Assembly (NCBI GenBank): GCA_965224085.1
Contig: CBDCYI010000005.1
Location: forward strand, 96,001-160,000
Direction: 5' to 3'
Source of the DNA: Candidatus Marinacidobacterales bacterium
GTDB lineage: Bacteria; Acidobacteriota; Vicinamibacteria; Marinacidobacterales; SMYC01
Length of the DNA stretch: 64,000 bases
Part shown: positions 1 to 10,884 of the stretch, in pieces
Numbering within the stretch: the first letter of the stretch is position 1
Layout: every line of letters starts with the position of its first letter
Notes under the pieces: model-generated
Told to the model about the DNA's origin: nothing
Seen by the model: only the letters and a program-made list of their open reading frames with translations
Databases searched by the model: none
Made by a program: the position numbers and the translations under genes

Positions 1-1324
1 CACGGGCCGACATGCCCGGCCGCAGCCTCGGGTCGGCGTTTTCGACAAGAATCGTGACCGTGAAGTACTTGCCTCCCCGGCGCGCTTGGTCTTCTTGCGC
101 GAGCGTCCCGATGAAGCTGACCTCACCCTCGAGCGTGAGCTCGGGATAGGCTTCCACTGAGATCAACACCTGCTGGTTCTTTTCGACTTTGTAGATATCC
201 GTCTCGCGGACTTGTGTCTCGACCGTCATTTGAGAGAGGTCGGGAAGCATGATCAACGGTTGATTGGGCCACACCTGATCGCCGACCTGCACCCTCCGCT
301 TCTCGCTCCCGAAGAAGACCTCCTTGTAGATCACGAGTCCCGAGACGGTGGCTAGGATCTCACAGCGGTTCAAATTCTCGCTCTGGAACTCGACGCGAGA
401 GACGAGCTCGGAATACTTGCTGCGTGCGAGATCGAGCGTCGCGTCCGCTTGCGAGAGGCGAAACGTATTCGCGCGCTGCGTCTGGCGGAGCCTTTCCTTG
501 CTGCTAGTGAGGGTCGCACGCGAGCCCTCCATTTCGGCCGGCCGCGTGTACTTTATATAAGTGCGGTGCTTGATCTCGAGGAGCTTCAAGTCTTCGGCTG
601 CCTTGTCGACAGCTTGCTTGGCGCGGTCGAGCTCGAGCTTCGTGATGAAGCCCTCCGTGAGGAGTGGCATCAAATCCTCATAGCTCGATTCGGCTTTTGC
701 GAGCTCCCTTGTCGCTTGAGCGAGTCGAGCCGCGGACTCGGCTTCCGCGACCTTGCCTTTACCATCGACGACGCTTTCGAGCTCGAGCTCCGCAAGCCGC
801 ACTTTGTCCGCCGACTGGGTCTTTTCGTCCCTGGCGGCGATGAGTAACAGCTTGTGCTCTTCGGTCGCCTTGACGAGCTCGGCTTGCGCTTGAGCGAGCT
901 GAGCCCGGGTTTGCTCGAGCTCCTCGGCAAAAGGCTGCGAGTCGAACTTTACCAGCATGTCTCCGACGTCGACATGCGCACCCTCGGAAACGATTTCCAG
1001 AATCTTCGCCTGGCTTCCAGGAATCGCAGAGGAATAGGTTACCGAGCGAAGCGCCTGAAGCGTCCCGCTCTCGACGATCTTCACCTCGAAAGGGCCTTGC
1101 TCGACGGCAGCCAAAAGCATCGGCCCCGACGAGCGCGTTGACTGGATGACAAGGCCAATCGCGAAGAGCCCTAGCGCGAGACCGCCCCCCGCAAAAAGTG
1201 CGCGGCGCGGATGCACCAACAGCCACGAACCCCGCGCGCGCAAGCTGCTCCGGGTCTCGACCGGGGTCTCGACTCCGGTCTCGACCGGGCTGCTGCGACG
1301 GAAAGTGCCAGTCGTCTCGCTCAC
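1..1324 (-). CDS. Efflux RND transporter periplasmic adaptor (HlyD/MFP), runs off window edge
   Basis: Not in the ORF track. Manual translation from GTG at 1324 (GTGA overlap with the TolC stop) gives a TM anchor, FEVKIVESGTLQA...EGAHVDVGDMLVKFD, a long coiled coil and LRPGMSAR at the edge. Confidence 0.85.
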   Translation of the reverse strand, partial: MSETTGTFRRSSPVETGVETPVETRSSLRARGSWLLVHPRRALFAGGGLALGLFAIGLVIQSTRSSGPMLLAAVEQGPFEVKIVESGTLQALRSVTYSSAIPGSQAKILEIVSEGAHVDVGDMLVKFDSQPFAEELEQTRAQLAQAQAELVKATEEHKLLLIAARDEKTQSADKVRLAELELESVVDGKGKVAEAESAARLAQATRELAKAESSYEDLMPLLTEGFITKLELDRAKQAVDKAAEDLKLLEIKHRTYIKYTRPAEMEGSRATLTSSKERLRQTQRANTFRLSQADATLDLARSKYSELVSRVEFQSENLNRCEILATVSGLVIYKEVFFGSEKRRVQVGDQVWPNQPLIMLPDLSQMTVETQVRETDIYKVEKNQQVLISVEAYPELTLEGEVSFIGTLAQEDQARRGGKYFTVTILVENADPRLRPGMSAR

Positions 1325-2763
1325 GGATGATGCCTCGCACCCGGAAGAAAGCTGCCAGGTGCAAATTCCGTTTCGATGTCCAGCGTTCCGGTGACGCGCT
1401 TCAACCGCATCTGCGAGACGTGATAGTCCGCGAGGAGCGACACGTAGTTGCTGCGGGCTTGAATCAAGTTGTTCTCCGCATCGATGATATCGAAGTTGCT
1501 CGCTAGCCCGCGCTGATAGCGCAGCGTCGCAAGCCGAAGCTGCTTTTCCGCAAAATCGATATTTCGCTCCTGGAGCAGGATGCTCTTTCCGAGGCGCTCG
1601 ACGTTGCGTGCGGCGGCTCGAACCTCGTTGGCGATGTTGTACTCGACCAGTCGGAGCGAGCGCCGGCGCGCGTCGACATCGATCTGCGATAAGGCAAAAG
1701 AAGCGTTCTCAGAAGATCGGTCGAGCGCATAGCTGGTAGACAAGAACACGTTGAACGCGCTGTCTTGAAAATCTAGGCTCGAATAGAACGACTCTCCGAT
1801 ACCCCGCTGCTCATAGCGCATGTTCAAATCGAGCACCGGCAACAGATTTTGCTTCGAGATCGATAACGATCGCTGCGCGTCTTGGATGCGATCCTGCTCC
1901 TCGCGCACCTCGATGCGGTTTTGAAGAGCGAGGCGGGTGAGCGTGTCGACGTCGATCTCGACCGGCTGATATTCCGGCTCGACCATCTCCAGAGAAACGC
2001 GCTCGAGAGGGCCTAGTCCGAGGTTGAACTTGAACGCGTCGATGGCAAGATCGAGCGCTTCTCGTCTCAAGATGACGCCTTCTTCGGCTTGCGAGAGCTG
2101 GAGCTCGGCGCGAAAAACATCGAGCTTTGACGCAAGGCCGACTTCGAGTCGCGCTTCGGAAGCGCGAAGAAGCTCTTTGTTCCGCTCGAGAGACTTCTCC
2201 GCAACCTCAGCGAGACCTCGCTGTCGAACGATGTTGTAGTAGCTCGCGACGACATCCACGGCCAATCTTTGACGCGCGAGCTCGAGATTGCGCTCAGAGC
2301 CTTGCAGGCTCCGCCTCGAGTTCTCGAGCTCGAACACCGTCGCTTTCTTGCCGAAGCCACGCAGAAGAGGTTGGGTCACGCCAAGGGAGAGCGCGGAGTT
2401 GTTGAAGTTCCCGAAATCGTTGCTGGCGGAGTCGGTGCGATAGCTTCCCGTGATCGTCGCGCCGTACGATAAAAGCTTCGACGCGTCGAGCCCGAACCTC
2501 TGGTCGACGACTGTTTGCTCTCCGACGCCTCGAGAGTAGGACGGCGTGATTTTGAGATTGAATCGCGACTCGGCCAAGTTCTCGGAAATAAGAGCGCCCT
2601 GTACAGCGTCCACGGTCGACATCAGATGCAAGTTATTGATCAGGGCGAGCTTGACGGCTTCTTCGAGGCTGAGCACACGCTCTGCTCGCCCCGGATCCTG
2701 CGCGACGCCGTAGGCTTGGCTTGCCAAGAGGACGACCGCGCATACCACCCCGCAAAGCCGCAT
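1321..2763 (-). CDS. TolC-family outer membrane efflux protein
   Basis: Signal peptide, LSLEEAVKLAL, RLEVGLASKLDV and RYQRGLASNFDIIDAE repeats; adjacent to the MFP gene. Confidence 0.9.
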   Translation of the reverse strand: MRLCGVVCAVVLLASQAYGVAQDPGRAERVLSLEEAVKLALINNLHLMSTVDAVQGALISENLAESRFNLKITPSYSRGVGEQTVVDQRFGLDASKLLSYGATITGSYRTDSASNDFGNFNNSALSLGVTQPLLRGFGKKATVFELENSRRSLQGSERNLELARQRLAVDVVASYYNIVRQRGLAEVAEKSLERNKELLRASEARLEVGLASKLDVFRAELQLSQAEEGVILRREALDLAIDAFKFNLGLGPLERVSLEMVEPEYQPVEIDVDTLTRLALQNRIEVREEQDRIQDAQRSLSISKQNLLPVLDLNMRYEQRGIGESFYSSLDFQDSAFNVFLSTSYALDRSSENASFALSQIDVDARRRSLRLVEYNIANEVRAAARNVERLGKSILLQERNIDFAEKQLRLATLRYQRGLASNFDIIDAENNLIQARSNYVSLLADYHVSQMRLKRVTGTLDIETEFAPGSFLPGARHHP

Positions 2764-2958
2764 AGGTCTATTTTACCACTGCTTGGTGCTCGTTCGCTCC
2801 TCGAGCGGAGTGGTGTAGAGAATGAAGATGTGGGGATGGGAGGGATTAGGGAGATGTCTGGCTTTATCTCCACCTGTCCACACCTCCCCGCCCGACCTTT
2901 TCTTTGCACATCGACAGGTGTTTCGAGTGCCTACAACCGTACCTTTTCGAGGCCAGCG

Positions 2959-4435
2959 TTATTCGATCTGGAGCTCGACGCGGACGGGCTCCCGGCCCAA
3001 TCGCAGGACGATTCGCCGGCCGTCTAGCGAGAGAACTTCCCCACCGAGGACGCGAAGACTGCCGGAAACGAGACCGGCCGTGCCGACGAACTCAAGTTGA
3101 AGGACACCGATCGACGACGAGGCACCGACGAGCTTTATCGAGACATGGTTTCTACCCGCTTGGCCCTCGAGGCGAAAGCGGCTCGGAGCCCCCGAACGGA
3201 GCGCCGCGATTTGGGTATCGTTCGACACGAGGCGCGCCCCTAGGATTGCGCTACCCGATGTCGGTTCGAGACGCGCCATGAGATCCATCTGGCGGGAGCC
3301 CGTGGATTCCTCCGCCCGTTGAAACTGCACCACGACGGACTTCGTGATCGCGTCGCCGTCACCTTTCGCGTTGTTCACCGTGAGGGAAACGGTCGTGTCC
3401 AGCGGCGCGGAACAGTTCAGCCAATCTTTGACGACCGTCTGGCCCGAATAGTAGTCGTTACCGAACTCGTCCGAGAACACCCAATCGTAGCTCGTTACAT
3501 CCCCGTTGGAGCAGGAAGCATCCACTCGGATCTTGCATCCAGTACCGTGGTCCGCATCTGCGGCGGTAAAGCACGCTCCAACGCGTTCCTCGACGACGAT
3601 TTGTCGCTTCTTGCTGTCCTGATTCGGACGGGCTCGCGCGGACGTGCCGCCGTCGGTGACCGTCTGCGTCACTTCGTAGATGCCGGCTTCTCGAAAGACG
3701 ACGGTGACGACGCGGCCCGTTTCCTGCCGACCGTCGCTGAAATCCCAGACATATTGCGCCATTCGATCGCCACTATCGCCCTCGCTGTCTGCTCGAGAGC
3801 AGCTCCCATCGAGACGCAGCGGCTCACCCGTCGCGACGACCGCGGGGTTCGGATCCACGGCGAAACAGGCAATGAGCTCGGTATCGCCCGTAGGTGCCGC
3901 AGGCATCGCGGCGGCAGTAATCGGCGCGTGCAAGCTCGGATGGCCGTCGAAAGACCAGCACTCGTTTTTCGGATCTAGCGAAACCGAAGGCCCTATGGGC
4001 ACCGTCTGTCCGCCGAAGCAAAGACCGACCGTGACGACGAAGTTCGACTTTCCCGTCATAACCAAAGACCCCAGGGCTGAAAGCGGCCCGAGCTCAGGAA
4101 TTCAGATTGTGTGGTTATGACTTCAGGCTACCGGGTGGCAGCCGCCACGTCAACGCTTCCGCGTCGGATGACAACCGCGAGCCGATGCGCTCAGGGCCCA
4201 CGCCCGCGAAAGAAGCTACCTCTTCTTCATGGGATTGAATTCTGCGACGCCTGTTTCCTCGAAGTCCTTGATTTTTTGGCCTTGCTTCGCGGAGGTCGCG
4301 TTGACGACGAGATTGGAGATGCGCTCGGGGTCCTCGTCGATGACGGGATAGGAGCAGCTCGAGCTTTCCGACATCGAAATCTTGTGAGGCCGGGTACGTG
4401 CCGTTTGAAACTCGTTGTCGACCGACCAGACGTGC
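2959..4435 (-). pseudogene. PKD-domain exported protein, 5' part degraded (intact reading frame 2959-4065)
   Basis: Two PKD-like units (YVWDFSDG...GIYEVTQTVTD; YDWVFSD...VSLTVNN). Upstream the coding-like sequence continues through a TGA (~4102) and frame changes to a junction with the kinase at ~4435. Confidence 0.6.
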
Positions 4436-5205
4436 GCTCATCCTTATCCTTCATGAGCGCCTTGTCCACGATCGCCTGGAGCTCCGGCATCTCGCCGCCA
4501 CCGTCGGGAAGCACCAACTCTGGCGCCTCCTGATTGAGTACTTTGAAGAAGACCGCCTGGATGCTGTCTCCGGTGAACGGTTTCTTGTTCGTCAAAAGCC
4601 GATAGAGGATGACGCCAGCGCTGAAAATGTCGGAGCGGCCGTCGACCTTTTGCCCGCGGATCTGCTCCGGAGACATATAATCCGCCGTTCCGAGCACGGT
4701 GCCCGTTTGCGTCTGCGAGGACTGCGTAAGCCGCGCGACGCCGAAATCCATGATCTTCGCGATGCCGCTCTCGGAGATGAAGATGTTCGCGGGTTTGATA
4801 TCTCGGTGAACGATATGGTGCTCGTGAGCGTGCGCGAGACCACGGCAGGTCTGCGCGACCACGTCCAGTTTTTCTTTGAGCGTTAGTGGACTTCTCCGGA
4901 TCCGCTGCTCGAGATCTCTGCCCCTTCAAGAACTCCATCGCCATGTATGGCACACCTTGATCGTCATAGCCAAAGTCGTACACGGTGACGATGTTCGGGT
5001 GCTGCAGCCGCGCCGAGGCCTTGGCCTCCTGCTCGAATCTCTTTTTCAGCTCCGGATCGGACAACGTCGCGGCGCCCATCACTTTGATGGCGACTTCACG
5101 CTCAAGAGCAGGGTCGAAGCCCCTATAGACGACGCCCATAGCACCTTTACCCAGCTCCCCTTGGATTTGGTATTTGCCAAGTGTCTTTTGTGGAGTCTCT
5201 GGCAT
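4432..5205 (-). pseudogene. Hanks-type Ser/Thr protein kinase, frameshifted and 3' truncated
   Basis: GELGKGAMGVVY, VAIK, then an extra base at ~4917; HRDIKPAN, DFG and YMSPEQ lie in the next frame. Similarity stops at KDKDER. Confidence 0.85.
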
Positions 5206-5407
5206 GGTTGACTTTCCGCAGACGGCGTCGCCCCACAGTTTAGCAAACCCTTCGAAGACAATCACCTGCCGGTATTCGGCTCCCGGTAGACCGACGGCGG
5301 TCGACTTGGACGGCTTGGAAAGGACCCCCTTCTACCGTATCCTATTGGGACGCCTATCGCCTGAGGTTTCTCCTCTATTGAGCTCAAAAAGTAGTTTTGG
5401 CACCGAC

Positions 5408-6457
5408 ATGGACATGGCGACGCTCGCCGACCGACTCGATGGACGCGTCGTGGGCGATTCTAGCCGGAAGCTCACTGGCCTTTCATCCCTCGCCGAGGCG
5501 GGTCCACACGATCTCGCGTTTTATTCCGACGCGCGTTATCGCGCGGCACTGAAGGCGACGAAGGCGGGTGGGCTCATCACACAAGAGCCCATCGAAGGGC
5601 TCGCGATCCCGCAAATCGTGCACCCGGATCCGTTTCTCGCCTTTGTCGAGCTCGTAGACATGTTCTTCCCCGGTGACGCGGTGGCGGCAGGCATTCATCC
5701 TCTGGCGCACGTGGACGATTCTGCTCGAGTCGGATCCGACGTCACGATTTTCCCGTTCGCCTGCGTCAGCGCCGACGCCCGTATCGGCGCCGGCTGTGTT
5801 CTGCATTCCGGTGTCTATCTCGGCCGCGGCGCCACCATTGGTGAAGCATGTACGCTATGGCCGAACGTCGTCATTCGTGAGCGTGTCTCGCTCGGCGCGC
5901 GCGTGATCGTCCATCCCGGCGCCGTCCTCGGCGCGGATGGCTTCGGCTTCGCGAGACGCGAGGCTACGTTCATCAAAGTGCGGCATGTGGGCTCCGTCAC
6001 CATCGAGGATGAGGTCGAGATCGGCGCCAACACGACCATCGATCGGGGCACGTTGGGCGATACGGTGATCGGCCGCGGCGTCAAGATCGACAACCTTGTG
6101 CACATCGCGCACAACGTTCACATCGGTGAGGGCACGGCGATGGCCGCGCAGTCGGGCGTCTCGGGCAGCACCGTCATCGGCAAACGCGTTCTGATGGGCG
6201 GCCAAGTCGGGATGGTGGACCACCTCAGCATTGGCGACGACGCCGTGCTCACCGCGCAGTCGGGCGTCATCGGCGACGTCCCCGAGTCTGCCATGGTGTC
6301 CGGCTATCCAGCACGTCCTCATAGAGAGGTGATGCGATCGACAGCGGAGCTACGGAGGTTGTCGAAGCTTCGACGGAGAGTTCGAGCTCTCGAAGAGCAA
6401 ATCCGCGCCCTCACTCTCGAAGCCGAGCGCAGGAGTGTAGATGATTCCCGTCGATGA
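5408..6457 (+). CDS. lpxD: UDP-3-O-(3-hydroxymyristoyl)glucosamine N-acyltransferase
   Basis: Hexapeptide repeats, GADGFGF, EIGANTTIDRG, KIDNLVHIAHN; start placed at ATG 5408. Confidence 0.95.
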   Translation: MDMATLADRLDGRVVGDSSRKLTGLSSLAEAGPHDLAFYSDARYRAALKATKAGGLITQEPIEGLAIPQIVHPDPFLAFVELVDMFFPGDAVAAGIHPLAHVDDSARVGSDVTIFPFACVSADARIGAGCVLHSGVYLGRGATIGEACTLWPNVVIRERVSLGARVIVHPGAVLGADGFGFARREATFIKVRHVGSVTIEDEVEIGANTTIDRGTLGDTVIGRGVKIDNLVHIAHNVHIGEGTAMAAQSGVSGSTVIGKRVLMGGQVGMVDHLSIGDDAVLTAQSGVIGDVPESAMVSGYPARPHREVMRSTAELRRLSKLRRRVRALEEQIRALTLEAERRSVDDSRR

Positions 6458-7685
6458 AGCGCTCGCTCTCGTGCTCGACAATGTCGAACCCCTGCCGGCA
6501 GAGACGGTTGATTTTGCTGAGGCCTGTGGCCGGCTTCTCCGAGAGGACGTCGCTTCCGATATCGACATGCCGCCTTTTCCGAGATCCGCGGTCGATGGGT
6601 TCGCGCTACGCGCAGAAGATTTAGCCAGCCTTCCCGCGCGCTTATCGGTGATCGGCGAAGTTCCAGCCGGCACACTTCCTGACTTCCGCGTTGGCGTCCG
6701 GGAGGCTGCGCAGATCATGACGGGCGCGCCCGTACCCGAAGGCGCGGACGCAGTCCAAATGGTGGAAAGCTCGAGATGGGTCGATACCGATGTGGAGATT
6801 CTCACGTCCGTTAAATCTCGTCAAAACGTGGCGGCAAAAGGCAGTGAAGTCCAAAAGGGCGATATCGTGCTCCGAAGTGGTACGCGGCTCGACCCACCCG
6901 CGGTCGCCGTGGCCGCCACCGTGGGCAAGACACGTCTCGAAGTGGGCCCGCGCGCGAAGGTCGCTGTCATCGCCACAGGGGACGAGCTCGTAGCTCCGTC
7001 CGAAACGCCGGGACCTGGGCAAATCCGCAACAGCAACGGCTTTTCTCTCGTCGCACAATGTCGGGCTGCGGGCGCGGCGGTGAGCTATCTCGGCGTCGCT
7101 CGCGACGATGAAGCGTCCCTCGAAACACTGATCGGTCAAGGGCTCGACTTCGACGTCCTGCTTCTTTCGGGCGGCGTTTCCGTGGGCCGTTTCGATCTCG
7201 TCGAAAACGTGCTCGAGACTTTCGGCGTTCGCTTCTTGTTCGACGCCGTTCGGTTGAAGCCCGGTAAACCGCTGGTGTTCGGGCTCGGAGATGGTACGCT
7301 GGTATTCGGACTTCCGGGAAATCCCGTTTCGACGATGGTCACCTTCGAGCTTTTCGTGCGAACTGCACTGGCGCGCCTCGAAGGCGCCGCGGATCCGACG
7401 CGCGCACTTCTTAGAGCGACGCTCGAGAAAAAGCTCGCAAACCGTGGTGTTCGGCGCGCATTCGTTCCGGGCTGGGTACGTACCGGGGAGAGCGGAGAGC
7501 TCCAGGCATTCCCAATCGCCACGCGAGGCTCGGGCGACGTCGTGGCGTTCTCCAAGAGCAACGCGCTTCTGATCGTGCCGGAGGATATCGACAAGCTCGA
7601 AGCAGGCGACGACGTCCGCTTCTACCCCCTCGACAGTTTTCTAATCAAAGAGGACTTATGGCAGGCCGGACGAAACCCGAGCTGA
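6441..7685 (+). CDS. moeA: Molybdopterin molybdotransferase
   Basis: PPFPRSAVDGFA, IMTGAPVPEGADAV, ATGDEL, SGGVSVG, KPGKP, GLPGNPVS. Confidence 0.95.
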   Translation: MIPVDEALALVLDNVEPLPAETVDFAEACGRLLREDVASDIDMPPFPRSAVDGFALRAEDLASLPARLSVIGEVPAGTLPDFRVGVREAAQIMTGAPVPEGADAVQMVESSRWVDTDVEILTSVKSRQNVAAKGSEVQKGDIVLRSGTRLDPPAVAVAATVGKTRLEVGPRAKVAVIATGDELVAPSETPGPGQIRNSNGFSLVAQCRAAGAAVSYLGVARDDEASLETLIGQGLDFDVLLLSGGVSVGRFDLVENVLETFGVRFLFDAVRLKPGKPLVFGLGDGTLVFGLPGNPVSTMVTFELFVRTALARLEGAADPTRALLRATLEKKLANRGVRRAFVPGWVRTGESGELQAFPIATRGSGDVVAFSKSNALLIVPEDIDKLEAGDDVRFYPLDSFLIKEDLWQAGRNPS

Positions 7686-8176
7686 GTCACATAGGCGAAG
7701 GCGGCGCCGCGCGCATGGTCGACGTGCGCGCTAAACAGGACGCCGATCGTGAAGCCGTCGCTACCGGCGACATTCGGATCGCTCCGGAGGCTCTAAAGCT
7801 CGTACGCAAAGGTAAGACCAAGAAAGGCAACGTCATCGAGACAGCGAGGCTCGCCGGGATCCTCGCGGCGAAACGTACGTCGGATCTCATCCCTCTCTGC
7901 CATCCCCTAGCCATCGATTACGTCGATGTCGACATTCGTGACCACTCGAGTGGGCTCGCGATCGAGGCCACCGTGCGCTCCCACGGACGCACCGGCGTCG
8001 AGATGGAAGCCCTCACCGCCGTCTCGGTCGCGGCCCTCACGATTTACGACATGGTGAAAGCAGCTGACAAGACGATGGTCATCGAGAACATACGGCTCAT
8101 GCGCAAGCTCGGGGGCAAGAGCGGCCTGTACGAGCGGGACGCCTCGCAATCTCGAACCCAATCTCGAAATGGCTAA
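7658..8176 (+). CDS. moaC: Cyclic pyranopterin monophosphate synthase
   Basis: MVDV, LIPLCHP, GVEMEALT, IYDMVKA, GGKSG. Confidence 0.97.
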   Translation: MAGRTKPELSHIGEGGAARMVDVRAKQDADREAVATGDIRIAPEALKLVRKGKTKKGNVIETARLAGILAAKRTSDLIPLCHPLAIDYVDVDIRDHSSGLAIEATVRSHGRTGVEMEALTAVSVAALTIYDMVKAADKTMVIENIRLMRKLGGKSGLYERDASQSRTQSRNG

Positions 8177-10661
8177 GAAGCTTCCACGTCGGCCGGGCAG
8201 CAAGAAGTCGCTGCCACCGCCTCCTAAAAAAGGACCGAAGCCCGGAGGCGCGGGTAGGGTGACGCCGGCGCGCCCCGGACCGCGCAAGATGGCGCCTGGC
8301 CGACGGACACGAAGCGGAGGCGGCGGTGCCTCGCGCTCGCTCTTCAAGTTACTCTTCCTCCTCGTTTTTATCGTTTTGCTCCTCGCAGGAAGTGTCGCGG
8401 GTTACTTTTTTTATCGCGGCCAGCAGTCGCTCCCGCAAACGGACGGCGTCGCAACCCTTCAAGGGCTGACGGCTTCGGTCGAGATCCAGCGCAACGAGCG
8501 CGGCGTGCCGCATATTCGTGGAGGCGACGTCCGCGATCTCGCGCGCGCTACCGGATTCGTCCATGCGCAAGATCGCTATTTCCAAATGGAGCTCGCGCGG
8601 CGGATGGGGACGGGCCGGTTGGCGGAGCTTCTTGGCAGCGAAGCCCTCGATCACGACCGTCTTGTGAGAACAATCGGACTAGCCGCGGCAGCAAAACAAG
8701 AGCTCGACCGGATGTCACCCGAAGGGCGCGAGATCCTCGAGGCCTATACCGGTGGCGTCAACGCTTATCGGAGTGCGCATCTCGAAAAGCTCCCTCCCGA
8801 GTTTCAGATCCTGGAGCACATCCCGGAGCCGTGGAGTGCTACCGACAGTCTCGCGGTTTCTAAGTGGCTGGCGTTCAACTTGTCTTTCAACGCACGCGCG
8901 GAGCTCTTGCGCGGAGAGCTCGTCAGAGCGGTCGGTGTGCAAGATGCCTACACGCTCACCGGGCTCGCGGCGCCACCTCTCGAAGACGAAGAGAGCCAAG
9001 AAGCTCGGCAAGGTTTTCGACTCGCGGCGCTCACCCCACTTCCAGAGACCGTTCGCTTTGGCGCTAGCAATTCTTGGGTCGTGGCGAGCGAGCGATCCGC
9101 CTCTGGGCGGCCTTTGCTCGCGGCCGACCCTCATTTGAGCCTGTCGATGCCGTCCGTGTTCTACGAGATCCATCTCTCGGGTGACGGTTTGGAGGTCGCC
9201 GGTGCGAGCATCCCGGGCCTTCCGCTCGTTCTGTTCGGCCAGAATCAACGTATCGCCTGGGGTATGACAGCGCTTGTCGCGGACGTGCAAGATATCTACC
9301 TCGAGACGGTCAATCCACAAAACCCGTCGCAATATGCCTCCGGCGAGACGTGGCGCGATATCGACGTTCTCCCCGAGAGCATCCCCGTCAAAGACGGCCC
9401 AGCCATCAACGAAGAAGTTCGTGTGACGCATCACGGCGTCATCATCGGCGAAACGGAGGACGGACGACTGCTCGCAGAGCGATGGGATGCCGTCTGGACC
9501 GGGGATCACGTGACGTCGATACTCCAGATCAATCTCGCCGGGTCGTGGGAGGAGTTCACTGAAGGACTTCGCTCTTGGGCCTCTCCAGCTCTTTCGTTCG
9601 TCTATGCGGATGTGGAGGGCAATATCGGTTTCTTTCCCGCCGGCGACGTACCCGTACGTGTCGGCTTCGATGGCGTGGTCCCGATCGATGGAAGCGTGGT
9701 GGAGTTCGAGTGGCAAGGCAGCGTGCCGCACGAGCTGAAGCCGATGATCTTCAATCCGGAAGAGGGACTCATCGTCAGCGCGAACCAACAGATGTTGCCA
9801 GAGGACACGCCCTATCCGCTCGGACCCGACACGTTGGCCGACTACCGCGCGCGTCGCATCACGGACTTGCTGCAATCGAGTCGCTCGATTAGTCTCGATG
9901 ACTTCGCTCGTATTCAGCAGGACCGCTACGACCCGTCGACAGAGCCGGTGCTGCGCATCGCCGTGGCGCTGTCGCCTTCGGGTGAAGCTCAAAAAAAGGC
10001 CGTCGACTATTTGAGAAATTGGAACGGACAAATGGACCGAGGGCCCGCTCCTGCGGTCTACTATGCGCTCTATCGCGAGCTCGTCGAAAATACGTTTCGA
10101 GACGAGCTCGGCGAAGAGCTGTTCGATAGGTTTCTGGAATTTCTCGAGGCCGGGCATGCGGGCGGTCTACACGCCATCATCGAGGACGAAGAGGCGCCCC
10201 TCTGGGACGACAAGAACACGCCCAACGCGGAAACGCGCGCCCACATTTTCGAGCGCAGTCTCGATGGCGCCGTCAGCGCCTTAACGGCACGACTAGGCGA
10301 TGACATGGACGGCTGGGATTGGGCCACCTTGCACGGCACGACGTTCCGGCACCCCTTGGGTCGCGAGGAGCCGCTCAGTTGGCTCTTCAGCCGCGGGCCC
10401 CTGCCCTTCGGAGGCTCGACCTATACGATCGCGAATGCGGTGGTCTCGTTGCGCTCGCCCTACGACGCAACCGCCGGCACGTCGTTTCGCTTCTTGGCGG
10501 ACCTCTCTGATTTGACGCGGTCGCGCTCGATCGTTCCGACCGGCGCCTCCGGCCATCCCTTGAGCCCCCACTACTTCGACCAGAACCGAGGCTGGCTCTC
10601 CGGGGATAGTGGCCTGCTCCTCGGGGGCGCCACGTCGGCCACGCTGAGCCTTCAGCCATAG
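8169..10661 (+). CDS. Penicillin acylase family Ntn-hydrolase (peptidase S45), membrane-anchored
   Basis: GVPHI, HAQDR, SNSW beta-chain start, DPHL, SGHPLSPHYFDQ; basic Pro-rich N-tail followed by a TM helix. Confidence 0.9.
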   Translation: MAKKLPRRPGSKKSLPPPPKKGPKPGGAGRVTPARPGPRKMAPGRRTRSGGGGASRSLFKLLFLLVFIVLLLAGSVAGYFFYRGQQSLPQTDGVATLQGLTASVEIQRNERGVPHIRGGDVRDLARATGFVHAQDRYFQMELARRMGTGRLAELLGSEALDHDRLVRTIGLAAAAKQELDRMSPEGREILEAYTGGVNAYRSAHLEKLPPEFQILEHIPEPWSATDSLAVSKWLAFNLSFNARAELLRGELVRAVGVQDAYTLTGLAAPPLEDEESQEARQGFRLAALTPLPETVRFGASNSWVVASERSASGRPLLAADPHLSLSMPSVFYEIHLSGDGLEVAGASIPGLPLVLFGQNQRIAWGMTALVADVQDIYLETVNPQNPSQYASGETWRDIDVLPESIPVKDGPAINEEVRVTHHGVIIGETEDGRLLAERWDAVWTGDHVTSILQINLAGSWEEFTEGLRSWASPALSFVYADVEGNIGFFPAGDVPVRVGFDGVVPIDGSVVEFEWQGSVPHELKPMIFNPEEGLIVSANQQMLPEDTPYPLGPDTLADYRARRITDLLQSSRSISLDDFARIQQDRYDPSTEPVLRIAVALSPSGEAQKKAVDYLRNWNGQMDRGPAPAVYYALYRELVENTFRDELGEELFDRFLEFLEAGHAGGLHAIIEDEEAPLWDDKNTPNAETRAHIFERSLDGAVSALTARLGDDMDGWDWATLHGTTFRHPLGREEPLSWLFSRGPLPFGGSTYTIANAVVSLRSPYDATAGTSFRFLADLSDLTRSRSIVPTGASGHPLSPHYFDQNRGWLSGDSGLLLGGATSATLSLQP

Positions 10662-10701
10662 CGCTACTCACGAGCCGGGCGCTATAATCCTCGCTCGGAC
10701 G

Positions 10702-10884
10702 ATGGCTGCAACTTACCCTTTCTGTCCCGCGTGCGATTTCGAGATCGAGCTCGACGAGCTCGATGTCGACCGCGGAGAACGTATTGGCTGCCCCGAGTGC
10801 GGCGTTACGTTAACGGTGCTTCGCATATCGCCCATCGAGCTCGACATCGCCGACGAAGAAGTCAGCGAGTGGCGTGATAAGTGA
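10702..10884 (+). CDS. Small acidic zinc-ribbon protein, LysW/ArgW-like
   Basis: 60 aa, CPAC...CPECG, SPIEL, acidic tail; lacks the canonical EDWGE end. Confidence 0.7.
   Translation: MAATYPFCPACDFEIELDELDVDRGERIGCPECGVTLTVLRISPIELDIADEEVSEWRDK

Noticed and set aside
1252-1288. GGTCTCGAC x3 repeat
   Set aside because: Encodes a low-complexity (P/G)VET repeat in the MFP N-terminus.
4100-4106. In-frame TGA upstream of the PKD ORF as selenocysteine or readthrough
   Set aside because: It sits among frameshifts in a decayed segment and no SECIS-like hairpin was recognised.
8715-10157. Long antisense ORFs (also 34718-35968, 25681-26862, 49526-50542 and others)
   Set aside because: Shadow frames of well-supported GC-rich genes, with no motifs.
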